Shown here: positions 1 to 9,990 of the stretch, piece by piece
Layout of the letters: the number at the start of each line of letters is the position of its first letter
How positions within the stretch are numbered: position 1 is the first letter of the stretch
DNA from: a virus
Strand: one strand, 5' to 3'
Length of the DNA: 64,000 nt
IMG/VR virus record: IMGVR_UViG_3300001765_000052
Position numbers and translations under genes: made by a program
Notes under the pieces: generated by a model
The model's input: only the letters and a program-made list of their open reading frames with translations
The model's database searches: none
What the model was told of the DNA's origin: nothing

Positions 1-1
1 T

Positions 2-403
2 GAACCGGAATATAGTACATTTGAGTTCAAAGAAAATATTATTAAATGTGCATTATCTGTATTTGGTACAGAGAAATTAATTGATTGGATTGAAGCTCAA
101 CTTAATAGTCCTGAATATAGTGATAAACATGCAAAATGGATTGATGAAACATTAAATTTTGTATTTAGTTCTAAGGTAAGAGATTTGAGCCACAATAATT
201 GGATTACTTTATTAACAGCTGGAAATAATATTAGAATAAAATCTAATTATAGCGATACTGTAAAATATTATTTATTTAACAGAGGTATTCTAGAAAATAA
301 ATGTAATATGACCATTCGTAGTTTTATACTATCTTGGGTAAGAAACACTGATGGAATAAATGATTTAATGGCATCTTTAAATGTACTATATGGTAAACGT
401 TAA
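2..403 (+). CDS. 3' part of a hypothetical phage protein (starts before the window)
   Basis: The frame of ORF 185..403 is open back to position 2 (EPEYSTFEFKENIIKCALSVFG...). Confidence 0.7.
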   Translation, partial: EPEYSTFEFKENIIKCALSVFGTEKLIDWIEAQLNSPEYSDKHAKWIDETLNFVFSSKVRDLSHNNWITLLTAGNNIRIKSNYSDTVKYYLFNRGILENKCNMTIRSFILSWVRNTDGINDLMASLNVLYGKR

Positions 404-419
404 AGGAGATTAAATTAAT

Positions 420-1940
420 ATGAAACTTAAGCCTTTATTGTTAGACATTGAACAGAATGAAGCTAACAAAGAAATAAATGAAATAGAAAATACAGGCTCA
501 TTAATACAACCAATTGAAACAGATAGTGATTACGGAGACCTTTTAGCGTCCGATGAAAAAGGTATTATTTTATCAGAACAAATAAATAATGAAATAGATG
601 CTGATGTGGCACTGGAAACTATAAGTAATTATTTAAAACAATCTTCCGTTAATAGTATATACGATAAACATACATTGAATATGACCAATGTTGCTATTGA
701 GGCTATTTATAATAGAGTTAATATTAGAGCAGAAAACCTTACGTTTTCAATGGAAAATTATTCGAGTGATCCGAAAGAAACTATTCGTTTAGCATTGGAA
801 GATATTAAAGAAAAAGCGGCTGCACTTTGGTTAGCAGTTAAAGAAAAAATTACATTGCTTGCTAAGTTCCTTGGTGAAAAGATGAATTATTTTAAACGTA
901 ATTTATCAAATATGAGAGCAAACGTAGTTAGATTAGAAAAAATTCTAGGTACAATTGATCGATCAGAACAGGCTAAATCAAAATACCTTAAACCTCAAAA
1001 CTGGTTTATAGACTTGATGTATTCCGACAAAGGGATGCCAATTGGATTAACTGGTATCGGAAAAGCCATAGAAGACCTTATACACAGTCATCGTAAAATG
1101 GCTACAACCAGTGTAAACAAGTATACTAAGTGGCTTTTAGCTAATTATAAACAAGCGCAATCCGATAGTAAAGCTTTTGGTACATTAAAAATAAGCCCAT
1201 CTGAATTTATACTACAGGGATCTTCTGAATTTAATCGATCTATTGGGCTTAAGCGGCCACTTGGGGATAATGTATTTTACAGAGGGAAAGAGCTTCCAGG
1301 TAACAAAGCTTTTTATACCCAAGTGAGACCTAAAGATAAAATAGGGATATCGTCTATTGGTACAATCGCGGATGTTGGATTTGGTATATACGATTATGAC
1401 CCACAAAGTTATAGATTAAATAGGTTAAATTTATATAATATATCCAAAATAAGTACAATAAGTTGGGTAGCTTCAATGGTGTTAACTTTTCCACTAATTG
1501 GTGTAACAGTAGGCGCAAGTGTAGCGTCTTTAGGTCCTGCTTTGTATGCAATTTATAAAAGTTCTGCTATTGCAGAAACCGGAAATAATGTTCGAATTGA
1601 TAAGAGTATGGTTTTTGAAACACTTACTATTGATCAAATTAAGAATGTGTTAAATGAAGTAAACAAAGGTATCAAAGAGTTACATAATTGGCACAATGAT
1701 GTTTTTGAAAACAACTGGAAGAAACCTGAACTTGATAGTATTATTAACAATATAACTGGGTTAGATAGAATTGAAGTTAATAACAATTCTAGTTTCCGGG
1801 CATTGAAAAGATATTGTATGGCACTATTAAATCTAATGAATTCAACTACTATCGGTGTTCATGCTTATGCATTTAAAACGTATGGTGCAATGATAAATTA
1901 CGCAGATAAATCACTTAAACAGTATAAACCTAAGGAATAA
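420..1940 (+). CDS. internal head (inner-body-type) virion protein
   Basis: Acidic N-terminal propeptide with VALE, FSME and LALE motifs matching the phiKZ-type head protease site [S/A/G]-x-E. SD GGAG upstream. First of four paralog-like genes. Confidence 0.65.
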   Translation: MKLKPLLLDIEQNEANKEINEIENTGSLIQPIETDSDYGDLLASDEKGIILSEQINNEIDADVALETISNYLKQSSVNSIYDKHTLNMTNVAIEAIYNRVNIRAENLTFSMENYSSDPKETIRLALEDIKEKAAALWLAVKEKITLLAKFLGEKMNYFKRNLSNMRANVVRLEKILGTIDRSEQAKSKYLKPQNWFIDLMYSDKGMPIGLTGIGKAIEDLIHSHRKMATTSVNKYTKWLLANYKQAQSDSKAFGTLKISPSEFILQGSSEFNRSIGLKRPLGDNVFYRGKELPGNKAFYTQVRPKDKIGISSIGTIADVGFGIYDYDPQSYRLNRLNLYNISKISTISWVASMVLTFPLIGVTVGASVASLGPALYAIYKSSAIAETGNNVRIDKSMVFETLTIDQIKNVLNEVNKGIKELHNWHNDVFENNWKKPELDSIINNITGLDRIEVNNNSSFRALKRYCMALLNLMNSTTIGVHAYAFKTYGAMINYADKSLKQYKPKE

Positions 1941-1944
1941 AAAT

Positions 1945-3465
1945 ATGAGTAGATTATATCTTTCGTTTGAAGATGATTCTAACGATGAAAATTATGAAAC
2001 AGATGAAACTATTGAAAAAGAAACTGGTGAAACTGAAGACACTGAAATCAAAGAAGAACTGGTCATTGGTGAATTAAATGTCGACGATGTACACGAAGAA
2101 AAAATCGAAAAGTTAAACGAAGAAAATGATATTAAAAGAGAAAGTGTAGATGATGCTCTAACTAGCACTACTGATTTAGCAGCTGTCGCAGAAGCATTAT
2201 TTCTTGCTATAGAAAAAAATGGCCATGTTGATCACACTTCCGTATCCATTGCATCAATTATTCTAGAGTCACATAAAACTAGAATGGGTTTTAAAAAAAA
2301 GAAACCAATAATTACACTAGAGAATTTTAATTTAAACAAAAATAATAATTCTAGAATAATTCTAGAAGATATTAAAGATGTGCTAAAGACAGTATGGGAT
2401 GTTATTATTAGAGCCATTAAATCTTCTATCGAATGGCTAAAAAGATTCTTTAGTCATTTGATTTATCAATTAGAAGATAAAACTGAAACCATTAAAAAGC
2501 TATCTACAAACATACTCAAACAAAGAAACGATTATAAATCTAATGCTAAGAGTAGCAATGGAGTTAATAAGTCAGGCGATAAGCTATGGGAAAACAAGAA
2601 ATACCATTTTGATAGAAGCAAATATTTACTTTGTCCAATTATAGCTCGTATGTTTACGGTCGGCGATGACGTGATTAAGAGCGGTGAATTTGTAAGTGAA
2701 TTCACGGAAATATCTTGGTTGGTTAATCCGAGTAAATCGAGCTATCAAAAAAGTTCAGAGATCTTTAACAACATGTTTGATAAAACATTTACTGGGACAG
2801 TTAAAGAAATTGTACAAAGTCAAATAGATGGTACTGCGCTTAATAAAAAATTAAACTTTGATCCATATGACCTTATTTTAGATGAACATAATTTTATAGT
2901 AGAAACTTCTTTTTATGATAAACCAGTTAAAGCTGGAAATGTGTTCTATATAAGAAAACCATATCTAGGAAACTTTGTAATAGCTTATGAATTTAACAAG
3001 TGTTATCCAGCTGGGCAAGGACCAACTCTAAACAATGATCAGGTGTTAGAAAACATAAAGTCATGGGATATCCAAACATCAAGTGTAGCAGCAAAGAAAT
3101 CAAATGATGGTTTTATCGAGTACCTTGAAGACGATATAATTGAAAATACAACTGATGTTGTATTATCGATTTTAGATGATCTTGGGAAATATCAGAAGTC
3201 ACTAGATAAAATAGATACCTTTAAAAAAGACATAACTGATATCGCTTCATTTGCGCGCTCCGCTCCTGAGAATAAAAATGGTTCACCGAATATGGTTACA
3301 ACTAATTTAGTCATTGCTGCAATGACTAATATTGTTGGATTAATGGATAAAAGCAGTGCTAAGTTTAACACTTATGCGATAGATCAATGTAATGCATGGT
3401 GCGAATTGTTAGAAGAAATATACAAAAAAGAAAAAGAAATCGCTGATGATAAACCAACAACTTAA
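1945..3465 (+). CDS. internal head virion protein paralog
   Basis: Acidic N-terminus with LSFE and ITLE motifs. The segment 'EDIKDVLKTVWDVIIRAIKSSIEWLKRFF' parallels segments in the neighbouring proteins. Confidence 0.65.
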   Translation: MSRLYLSFEDDSNDENYETDETIEKETGETEDTEIKEELVIGELNVDDVHEEKIEKLNEENDIKRESVDDALTSTTDLAAVAEALFLAIEKNGHVDHTSVSIASIILESHKTRMGFKKKKPIITLENFNLNKNNNSRIILEDIKDVLKTVWDVIIRAIKSSIEWLKRFFSHLIYQLEDKTETIKKLSTNILKQRNDYKSNAKSSNGVNKSGDKLWENKKYHFDRSKYLLCPIIARMFTVGDDVIKSGEFVSEFTEISWLVNPSKSSYQKSSEIFNNMFDKTFTGTVKEIVQSQIDGTALNKKLNFDPYDLILDEHNFIVETSFYDKPVKAGNVFYIRKPYLGNFVIAYEFNKCYPAGQGPTLNNDQVLENIKSWDIQTSSVAAKKSNDGFIEYLEDDIIENTTDVVLSILDDLGKYQKSLDKIDTFKKDITDIASFARSAPENKNGSPNMVTTNLVIAAMTNIVGLMDKSSAKFNTYAIDQCNAWCELLEEIYKKEKEIADDKPTT

Positions 3466-3515
3466 AAATACAATACTTAATATTAAGTTATTATTGTAGG
3501 TAATCACCTCAATAA

Positions 3516-3620
3516 TATGCTAGATAAAGCATTTACGTAAATTTTCTTTATATTGTTTTGGAGTATTTAAAATGGCTAGAATTGCAATTATGGCATTAGA
3601 GGGTATAGAAGAAGAAGAAG
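3516..3620 (+). repeat. copy 1 of a ~100-bp direct repeat (putative late promoter, leader and first codons)
   Basis: tatgctagataaagcatttacgtaaatttt...tattgttttggagta...atggctagaattgcaattatggcattaga also occurs at about 4888-4990. Confidence 0.9.
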
Positions 3621-4801
3621 TGGTCGAAGTGGAAGACACTTCTGTTGATACAACAGAAGTCGATGAAGTATCAACAGAGATTGAAGATAAATCGGAAACT
3701 ATCGATGAAGCCACTGAAATAAGCGACACCATGGGTGAAATGGCAGATGTTTTAGAAACACCAGCTGTCGGTACAGATGAACCAGCACCAGAAACATCTG
3801 GCACTGAAGAAGGCGCACCTCCGGACGTTGCTGTAGATGAAACACCAGTGGAAGCTAAAGAAGTGTCACCAGAAACCGCAGAAGTAGTTAAGATTGCTAC
3901 CGAGCATTTTCTAAAGCGTCTAGGCTACAAAAAGCGTAGTATGACATATGCTTTAGAATCATACGGTACATCTAAGTCAGCTAACAAAGAAACCATTAAA
4001 CAAATTCGCATTGCTCAAGAAGAGATTCAAAAACGTATCACTATTGCACAAGAAGGTATCTTAGATAGCATTAAGAATAAAATCGACATGATTTTAACAA
4101 ATAATGATAAATTAGTTACCAGATTAAATGCAGTTAGTTCAGCTTATGATTCTAATGGATTAGGTACGGAACCTATTAAGGCACCAGCGTTTGGTAAGTA
4201 TCTAAACATTTCAAGTAAAGCAAGCGTCACGGGTTCCGACGTTTTAAGTATTTACAAAAATGTCACAAAGAACGTTAACAATAAGGAACTTATTAATGCC
4301 TTAACTAGCGCGACAGCCGGAATGGAAAATATTACAAAAGCAATTAAAGGATCAACTTTTATTGCATTAAAGGCTGATGTAGATAAGACTGTTGAAGCAG
4401 CGAGAGTTGTTACTGGTATAGCAAGCGATATGGAAGGAACATTTCATACTAAAAGTAAAGGCATTTACGATGGTGATTTTGAACCAATATCAAAAAGCGA
4501 CAAACAGAAACTTTCTGCAACAATACTAAGTCTACTAGAAAGTAAAGAACTTAAAACTTCTGTTAAACTACTTAAAGATGCAATATCGAGCAACACGTGG
4601 ACTACTTTTATACAAACTAAATTTACGCGTGTTATGAGCACTAGTACCGCAGATATTGATAGTTCTAAAAATGCTATTAATAGTATAAACAATCTGGCAC
4701 GCGAAGTTTCAAATATTCTAAAAAATCAGCACGATGTTTGTCATGCTGGTATTGAATACATCAAAGCATCTACTAATAAAAAAGCACCAGTAGCTGCTTA
4801 A
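3572..4801 (+). CDS. internal head virion protein paralog
   Basis: MARIAIMALEG start, acidic propeptide, YALE and IAQE motifs, highly-expressed-type codon usage. Confidence 0.7.
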   Translation: MARIAIMALEGIEEEEVVEVEDTSVDTTEVDEVSTEIEDKSETIDEATEISDTMGEMADVLETPAVGTDEPAPETSGTEEGAPPDVAVDETPVEAKEVSPETAEVVKIATEHFLKRLGYKKRSMTYALESYGTSKSANKETIKQIRIAQEEIQKRITIAQEGILDSIKNKIDMILTNNDKLVTRLNAVSSAYDSNGLGTEPIKAPAFGKYLNISSKASVTGSDVLSIYKNVTKNVNNKELINALTSATAGMENITKAIKGSTFIALKADVDKTVEAARVVTGIASDMEGTFHTKSKGIYDGDFEPISKSDKQKLSATILSLLESKELKTSVKLLKDAISSNTWTTFIQTKFTRVMSTSTADIDSSKNAINSINNLAREVSNILKNQHDVCHAGIEYIKASTNKKAPVAA

Positions 4802-4831
4802 TCTGAAATAGAAATAACTGCTGTAAATATA

Positions 4832-4878
4832 ATACTGCCTACGATAACAGCTTAACTGCTGTTATCGTAGGCAGTATT
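4832..4878. terminator. long palindromic hairpin terminator
   Basis: atactgcctacgataacagc-ttaact-gctgttatcgtaggcagtat. Confidence 0.75.
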
Positions 4879-4887
4879 AATCTATTA

Positions 4888-4990
4888 TATGCTAGATAAA
4901 GCATTTACGTAAATTTTTTATTTGATATTGTTTTGGAGTAATTATTATGGCTAGAATTGCAATTATGGCATTAGAAGGTATGGAAGAAGA
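4888..4990 (+). repeat. copy 2 of the ~100-bp direct repeat
   Basis: Near-identical to 3516-3620. Confidence 0.9.
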
Positions 4991-6266
4991 AGTAGAAAAA
5001 GACACGCGTGCACCAGAAGAAGCAGCGGTAGATACAATTGCTGATTCACCTGAGCAAGATGTCACAGAAATGACCGAAGAAGCTGATACCGCTACCGATA
5101 TTGATGATGCAGTCGTTGAGTCAGAAGAAGTAAGTGATGCACTTACAGACATTGCTACCGAAATGAGAGCTAGTATGCTCGCTGGTGGAATGGATGAACA
5201 TAGTGCAAAAGCTATTAGCTTAGCTGTTGAACATATGTGCAAACGCATTGGGTTTCCCACTCATCGCTGCGGTTTTGCACTAGAAGGTTTCAGCAAAAAA
5301 GAAACACGTGTACAAGCTACCAAAATTGCCATGGAATCAGCCATGGACAAGGTGAAAGCCATTGGTAAAACTATCATGGAAGCCATCAGAAAAGTTATCG
5401 AAGCAGTGCAAAAATTCTTCGCTAATTTATTCAATGCTGCTAAGAAAAACAAGTCACGCGCAGAAACAATTATTGCTGCTGCTAATAAAGCCAAAAGTCT
5501 AGCGCCTAAGCAAATCAAAGGCAACAAGCTATTGGTTCGTGGTGGCAAATTCATTGCACCAGATAAGCTAGCATCCACATTACAAGAAAATCATAATCTT
5601 CTTAACAATGGTGTTTTACGCTCATTATCTGATGTTAATACATTTAAAAAAGTTATTAATTTAGCAGTTGATTCTCTGAAAAATGTTGATATTGAAAAAA
5701 TCAATGATAACATTACTGAATACAATAAGATAGTTGAATCGCAATTTGCCTGGGGTGACAGGAAAGAAGAAGATGGCGGTGTTGAATTTACAAGCAAAGC
5801 TGCATTCATAGGTGATAAAAATTATGTTGTTAAAGCTAGCGGCAAGTTCTTTAAACTTGATAAGTTTGGATTTGAAAATACAAAAGATTTCAAAGAAGTA
5901 GCTGATGCTGAAGTTACAAACTTAACTTCCGAACAAGCTATTGCTGTCTGTGAAAATATCATTGTAATAATGGATGATTTTCTTGAAAAAGAGAAAACAA
6001 TCAAAGATCTTAAAGATGCTTCGTTTTCATTTTTAAGCAGTTTAAAAACGGGTTACGACACCGATAAAACATTACATGATAAAGGTACTGGCGAGACAGA
6101 TTCCGGTAATATTGCGACTACCTTAACTGCTGTTATCACCAGCGTGAATAGTGTAGTTCGTTTTACCAACATATCACTGACTAAAATTCGTAGTTATGAA
6201 ATGTCGGTAGCCGGGGCAGCTCTTAGCTATGCGGCAAGTTCTATCAGTGGTGGAAGTGATAAATAA
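4947..6266 (+). CDS. internal head virion protein paralog
   Basis: Identical MARIAIMALEG start, FALE and IAME motifs. Confidence 0.7.
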   Translation: MARIAIMALEGMEEEVEKDTRAPEEAAVDTIADSPEQDVTEMTEEADTATDIDDAVVESEEVSDALTDIATEMRASMLAGGMDEHSAKAISLAVEHMCKRIGFPTHRCGFALEGFSKKETRVQATKIAMESAMDKVKAIGKTIMEAIRKVIEAVQKFFANLFNAAKKNKSRAETIIAAANKAKSLAPKQIKGNKLLVRGGKFIAPDKLASTLQENHNLLNNGVLRSLSDVNTFKKVINLAVDSLKNVDIEKINDNITEYNKIVESQFAWGDRKEEDGGVEFTSKAAFIGDKNYVVKASGKFFKLDKFGFENTKDFKEVADAEVTNLTSEQAIAVCENIIVIMDDFLEKEKTIKDLKDASFSFLSSLKTGYDTDKTLHDKGTGETDSGNIATTLTAVITSVNSVVRFTNISLTKIRSYEMSVAGAALSYAASSISGGSDK

Positions 6267-6339
6267 CAAGCACTGCCAGCACCAGATAAAGCTCTTCCAG
6301 CACCAACAAAGTAATTAAGCTAGACGGGTAAATAACATA

Positions 6340-6382
6340 TTAGCTCCACCTATATTAGTGTGACTAATATAGGTGGAGCTAT
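6340..6382. terminator. long palindromic hairpin terminator
   Basis: tagctccacctatattagt-gtg-actaatataggtggagcta followed by T residues. Confidence 0.75.
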
Positions 6383-6441
6383 GTTTTATATGTGAATTAA
6401 AAAACAAAGCAAAACATTGTGTGAGCTACAAAAGGATACAC

Positions 6442-8004
6442 ATGCCAAATATTATATTACCAATTGATGACTTGCAAGACAGTGTTAAGAGACCAGTGAT
6501 ATTTGATATCATAAGACAGGTTATGGATATCACACAAATATCACATAAGACACAAATTATGTTTCTTGGTGATGAGGGTCGAGCTGCCCAGCAAAATAGT
6601 ACTATTGATAAAAATAACTTTTTTGAGAATAGATGGAACTATAATGAAAAGGTAACTATTGAAGTCGATGAAGATTATGATAGAAATCATCTTATCAATA
6701 CATACATCAAGCAACCAGAAACAAATTATATTTTCAAAGACGAAGATATCCCTATCTATATCAAACCAGTTTACTCAATGAGCGAAGTAAAGATAACAGT
6801 TAAGTATCGTACTCGTGATAAAAATCAAGCTAACCGATGGCATAATGATATTCGCACTAACATTGCAAATATGCGAGATATTAATTTGCATGAAATCACT
6901 TATCATTATCACTTACAAGAACAGTTCATTGTTATTTTAAAAGAACTTCATAGATTAAGAGAAAATGTAGCTGGTTATAATGAGAGTTGGGATGATTACT
7001 TTATTAATAGGTTAACTAGTAAAGCCAGTATTATATCAAACATGTCTGGTCAACAAGTACTTTGGGCAATTGCAGAAAAACAAATTAGAGTACAAGGTTA
7101 TTTTGACTTTGAAGGCGCACCTGAAAAAGGAGATAGAGATGGTGATCATGATAACTGGGGTACTAGTTTTGTGTATACATTTGGATATCAAAAACCAATT
7201 GAGTGTAATATGTACTACCCAATTGTTATTCATAACCAACTCATCCCTGAAGATTACAGAATAAAAGATAAAGATTATACAATCGAAGATCAGTTAAGAA
7301 CTTTTACAAAATCCGGTAGGGCATTTGCTGAATTTGAAAGTGATATGAAATCACTTTCAATTAAAGGTAATGACGGCGTAGCTATTCCATACTTTGATGA
7401 ATTTATGCCATTCAGTATACTGCCATCTACTATTCGAGTATTAACTGGACTTACTGTAATAAATGAAGAAGATAAATTAACTTTATTTGATCTAAAAGAT
7501 TTAGGTAATATTAGTTTAGATCCGGTTATATTAGATTTTTTAATTAATTCGGAATACCCTTATATATGTAAATATTTTAAATCTATATTTTCATTAAGTT
7601 TATATAGAGGTGGATTTTTAACATCATCAGACAATTTAGAGATAGATCAAAATTTAATTGTTAAAAGTAAAATCGAATTATCCCTTAGAAAAACATACCA
7701 TGTTAGACTAAGTTTAGTTACGGATTTATCTTATTTACCATTAGATGCAATAGCACGTCTAAGAAAATACCCTGATGCGGCTAGAAAAATCATTAATGCT
7801 ATTAATACAGCAGTTATTGACTTAGGCGGACAAGAAGATATTAAAAAGAATACTTTGAGTGGATCAGATTTAGCAACCATCACTAAAATTATTGGAGCTA
7901 ATGATGATAAAGAAAATCTTATTTATACAAATGATACTGCTGGTAGAGGAACTCGTATGAATTTTATGCAATATTTATTTGTCCAAGCATTTAGAAAGGA
8001 TTAA
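6442..8004 (+). CDS. conserved jumbo-phage protein, probably virion structural
   Basis: Long ORF. The likely start is ATG 6442 after AAGGA, because the GTG at 6373 lies inside the terminator. Sits in the structural block. Confidence 0.55.
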   Translation: MPNIILPIDDLQDSVKRPVIFDIIRQVMDITQISHKTQIMFLGDEGRAAQQNSTIDKNNFFENRWNYNEKVTIEVDEDYDRNHLINTYIKQPETNYIFKDEDIPIYIKPVYSMSEVKITVKYRTRDKNQANRWHNDIRTNIANMRDINLHEITYHYHLQEQFIVILKELHRLRENVAGYNESWDDYFINRLTSKASIISNMSGQQVLWAIAEKQIRVQGYFDFEGAPEKGDRDGDHDNWGTSFVYTFGYQKPIECNMYYPIVIHNQLIPEDYRIKDKDYTIEDQLRTFTKSGRAFAEFESDMKSLSIKGNDGVAIPYFDEFMPFSILPSTIRVLTGLTVINEEDKLTLFDLKDLGNISLDPVILDFLINSEYPYICKYFKSIFSLSLYRGGFLTSSDNLEIDQNLIVKSKIELSLRKTYHVRLSLVTDLSYLPLDAIARLRKYPDAARKIINAINTAVIDLGGQEDIKKNTLSGSDLATITKIIGANDDKENLIYTNDTAGRGTRMNFMQYLFVQAFRKD

Positions 8005-8007
8005 TCT

Positions 8008-9396
8008 ATGGCACTCATTACTGGAGACCCGTTAAGAATAGATGGTATCGTTAAATCAAACCCATTAACACTACCATCCAGTGCTGTCAATACAGTTTTA
8101 GTTAATGATAGAAACTATAAATCTACTGTAGTTGATTTAAAATGGGAACCACGAGTTAACCTTTTAACTCACATTGAAGGTAGTTCTTGGGTAGTTGATT
8201 ACTATAGTCAGATTATTACTACTGACTCTAATCTTTCTGGTCAACAATATACAAAAAACCCCGTTTACCAATCATACACTTTGATTAAAAATATGGAGAT
8301 GAAAGTGTCGTCCCCACTTTCTACATCACAAGATGCTGAATCAAAATCAATGTTGGTTACAGGTAGTTCACTTTTATATCCTTTCATTATCCCTAATGAA
8401 GGTGATATGTTTATAGCCGATATAGGTGAAGGTAAAATCGGTATATTCAGAATTACAGATTCTATTAAGAAAAGTATTTTTAAAGAATCTTGTTACGAAA
8501 TAAGTTATGGTTTAAATAATGATGAAATTCTTACAGTAGAAGATCTATCACAAAAAACAGTCAAGACATACTACTTTCATAAAGACTTTTTAACATTTGG
8601 ACAGAATCCACTTCTAATCAGTACTGATAACGATGTGTTAATTAGTCTAGATAAAGCATATAGAAATCTTGCACACCAGTATTTTAGAAAATTCTTTAGT
8701 GATGAATTTAAAACTATTATGGTTCCGGCGCAACCATTCACAGTTTACGATCACTTTTTAGTAGATTATCTATTATCAGAATTTAATACTAGGGATTCTC
8801 AAGAAATAAGATATATTAGAAAACTAAACTTAGATGATGATCTAACGATGAAATGTGATAGTTTTTGGAAAGCATTAAAATACAGAGATGTATCTTATAT
8901 GAATACAATCTTTGCAAAGTCTGGTTTAGTTAACACTAGACAATTTACCAGTGATCCAGTTTTAGAAGGTATACGTTATACAGGTATTGATAAAGTTGTT
9001 TATCCATCTGACCCTACAGTCATTACGGATTATTTCTTAATCAATAGGAGTAAACTACTAGACATAGAAACACTATCACCTAGTCCAATAGTACCTGGAT
9101 CATCTAACGAAATGATCAGAGCTATTAATCTTAGAGGTACTGTCAGTACTATTATTGAATCAGTATATCCTATTACAATAGATGACTTCTATGTATTTAG
9201 TAGAAATTTCTACGATAGAACAAATACGCAATCTGTATTAGAAAGTGTAGTTTGGGAATATTTAGAAAATAAACCTATCGATTATGCTCAACTTCTTGAT
9301 ACTACTAAAACTTATTTTAGATGGGGTATATTAGAACAATTTTATTATATACCAATTATAATGACTTTAATCAAATCAGCAATTAGAGGATTTTAA
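8008..9396 (+). CDS. conserved jumbo-phage protein, probably virion structural
   Basis: 462-aa ORF coupled to its neighbours. The segments 'LLTHIEGSSWVVDYYSQ' and 'PNEGDMFIADIG' resemble phiKZ-like virion proteins. Confidence 0.55.
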   Translation: MALITGDPLRIDGIVKSNPLTLPSSAVNTVLVNDRNYKSTVVDLKWEPRVNLLTHIEGSSWVVDYYSQIITTDSNLSGQQYTKNPVYQSYTLIKNMEMKVSSPLSTSQDAESKSMLVTGSSLLYPFIIPNEGDMFIADIGEGKIGIFRITDSIKKSIFKESCYEISYGLNNDEILTVEDLSQKTVKTYYFHKDFLTFGQNPLLISTDNDVLISLDKAYRNLAHQYFRKFFSDEFKTIMVPAQPFTVYDHFLVDYLLSEFNTRDSQEIRYIRKLNLDDDLTMKCDSFWKALKYRDVSYMNTIFAKSGLVNTRQFTSDPVLEGIRYTGIDKVVYPSDPTVITDYFLINRSKLLDIETLSPSPIVPGSSNEMIRAINLRGTVSTIIESVYPITIDDFYVFSRNFYDRTNTQSVLESVVWEYLENKPIDYAQLLDTTKTYFRWGILEQFYYIPIIMTLIKSAIRGF

Positions 9397-9987
9397 ATGG
9401 ATGCTAAAGTACTGTCATCAAGTGATTTAGAAAAAACTGGATCTTTAATATGGGAGAGATTATTTCTAACATCAATGTGTTATAAAGATACTTTATCAGT
9501 AGAGCATATTAGGTTATTTGGTATGCCAACAGTAGGTGATACTACAATTGATAATGATATTCATAACCAAGTAGTTGATAGATATCTCACCATTAATCAA
9601 ATGGTCGATTATTTTAAAAAAGGTATTCAGGTATCAATTAAAATACACCCTGAAACAGAGGATATTTATAATATAATATCTGCATATCTTTTTGCTTGGA
9701 AACGCTATTTAGATAATGGAATAAATATAGGTGGTGCGCCTATAGAAGATTTGATAGCACTAGATCGTTTTGCAAGTTCAGTTTACGATCATGCGGTGGA
9801 ACATATTACGGAAGATTACATTCAATCTAGTATGTTAAGGTATGTCAGCAATAATAAATTAAGTAGATCTACTTTTGAAAAGAAACAAGTTATACATGAA
9901 GGTACTGGTGAAGTTAAGCGCCGTGAAAGTTTAGCTGAATCATTTTCAAATAAAATATACTCAGCAAAAACAAGATTATGGAGATAA
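9397..9987 (+). CDS. hypothetical conserved jumbo-phage protein
   Basis: 196-aa ORF abutting the upstream gene. Confidence 0.7.
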   Translation: MDAKVLSSSDLEKTGSLIWERLFLTSMCYKDTLSVEHIRLFGMPTVGDTTIDNDIHNQVVDRYLTINQMVDYFKKGIQVSIKIHPETEDIYNIISAYLFAWKRYLDNGINIGGAPIEDLIALDRFASSVYDHAVEHITEDYIQSSMLRYVSNNKLSRSTFEKKQVIHEGTGEVKRRESLAESFSNKIYSAKTRLWR

Positions 9988-9990
9988 AGT

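Noticed and set aside
3520-6004. Minus-strand ORFs with shared ends (…NLRKCFI)
   Set aside because: Antisense shadows of the head genes. Their similarity comes from the 100-bp direct repeat.
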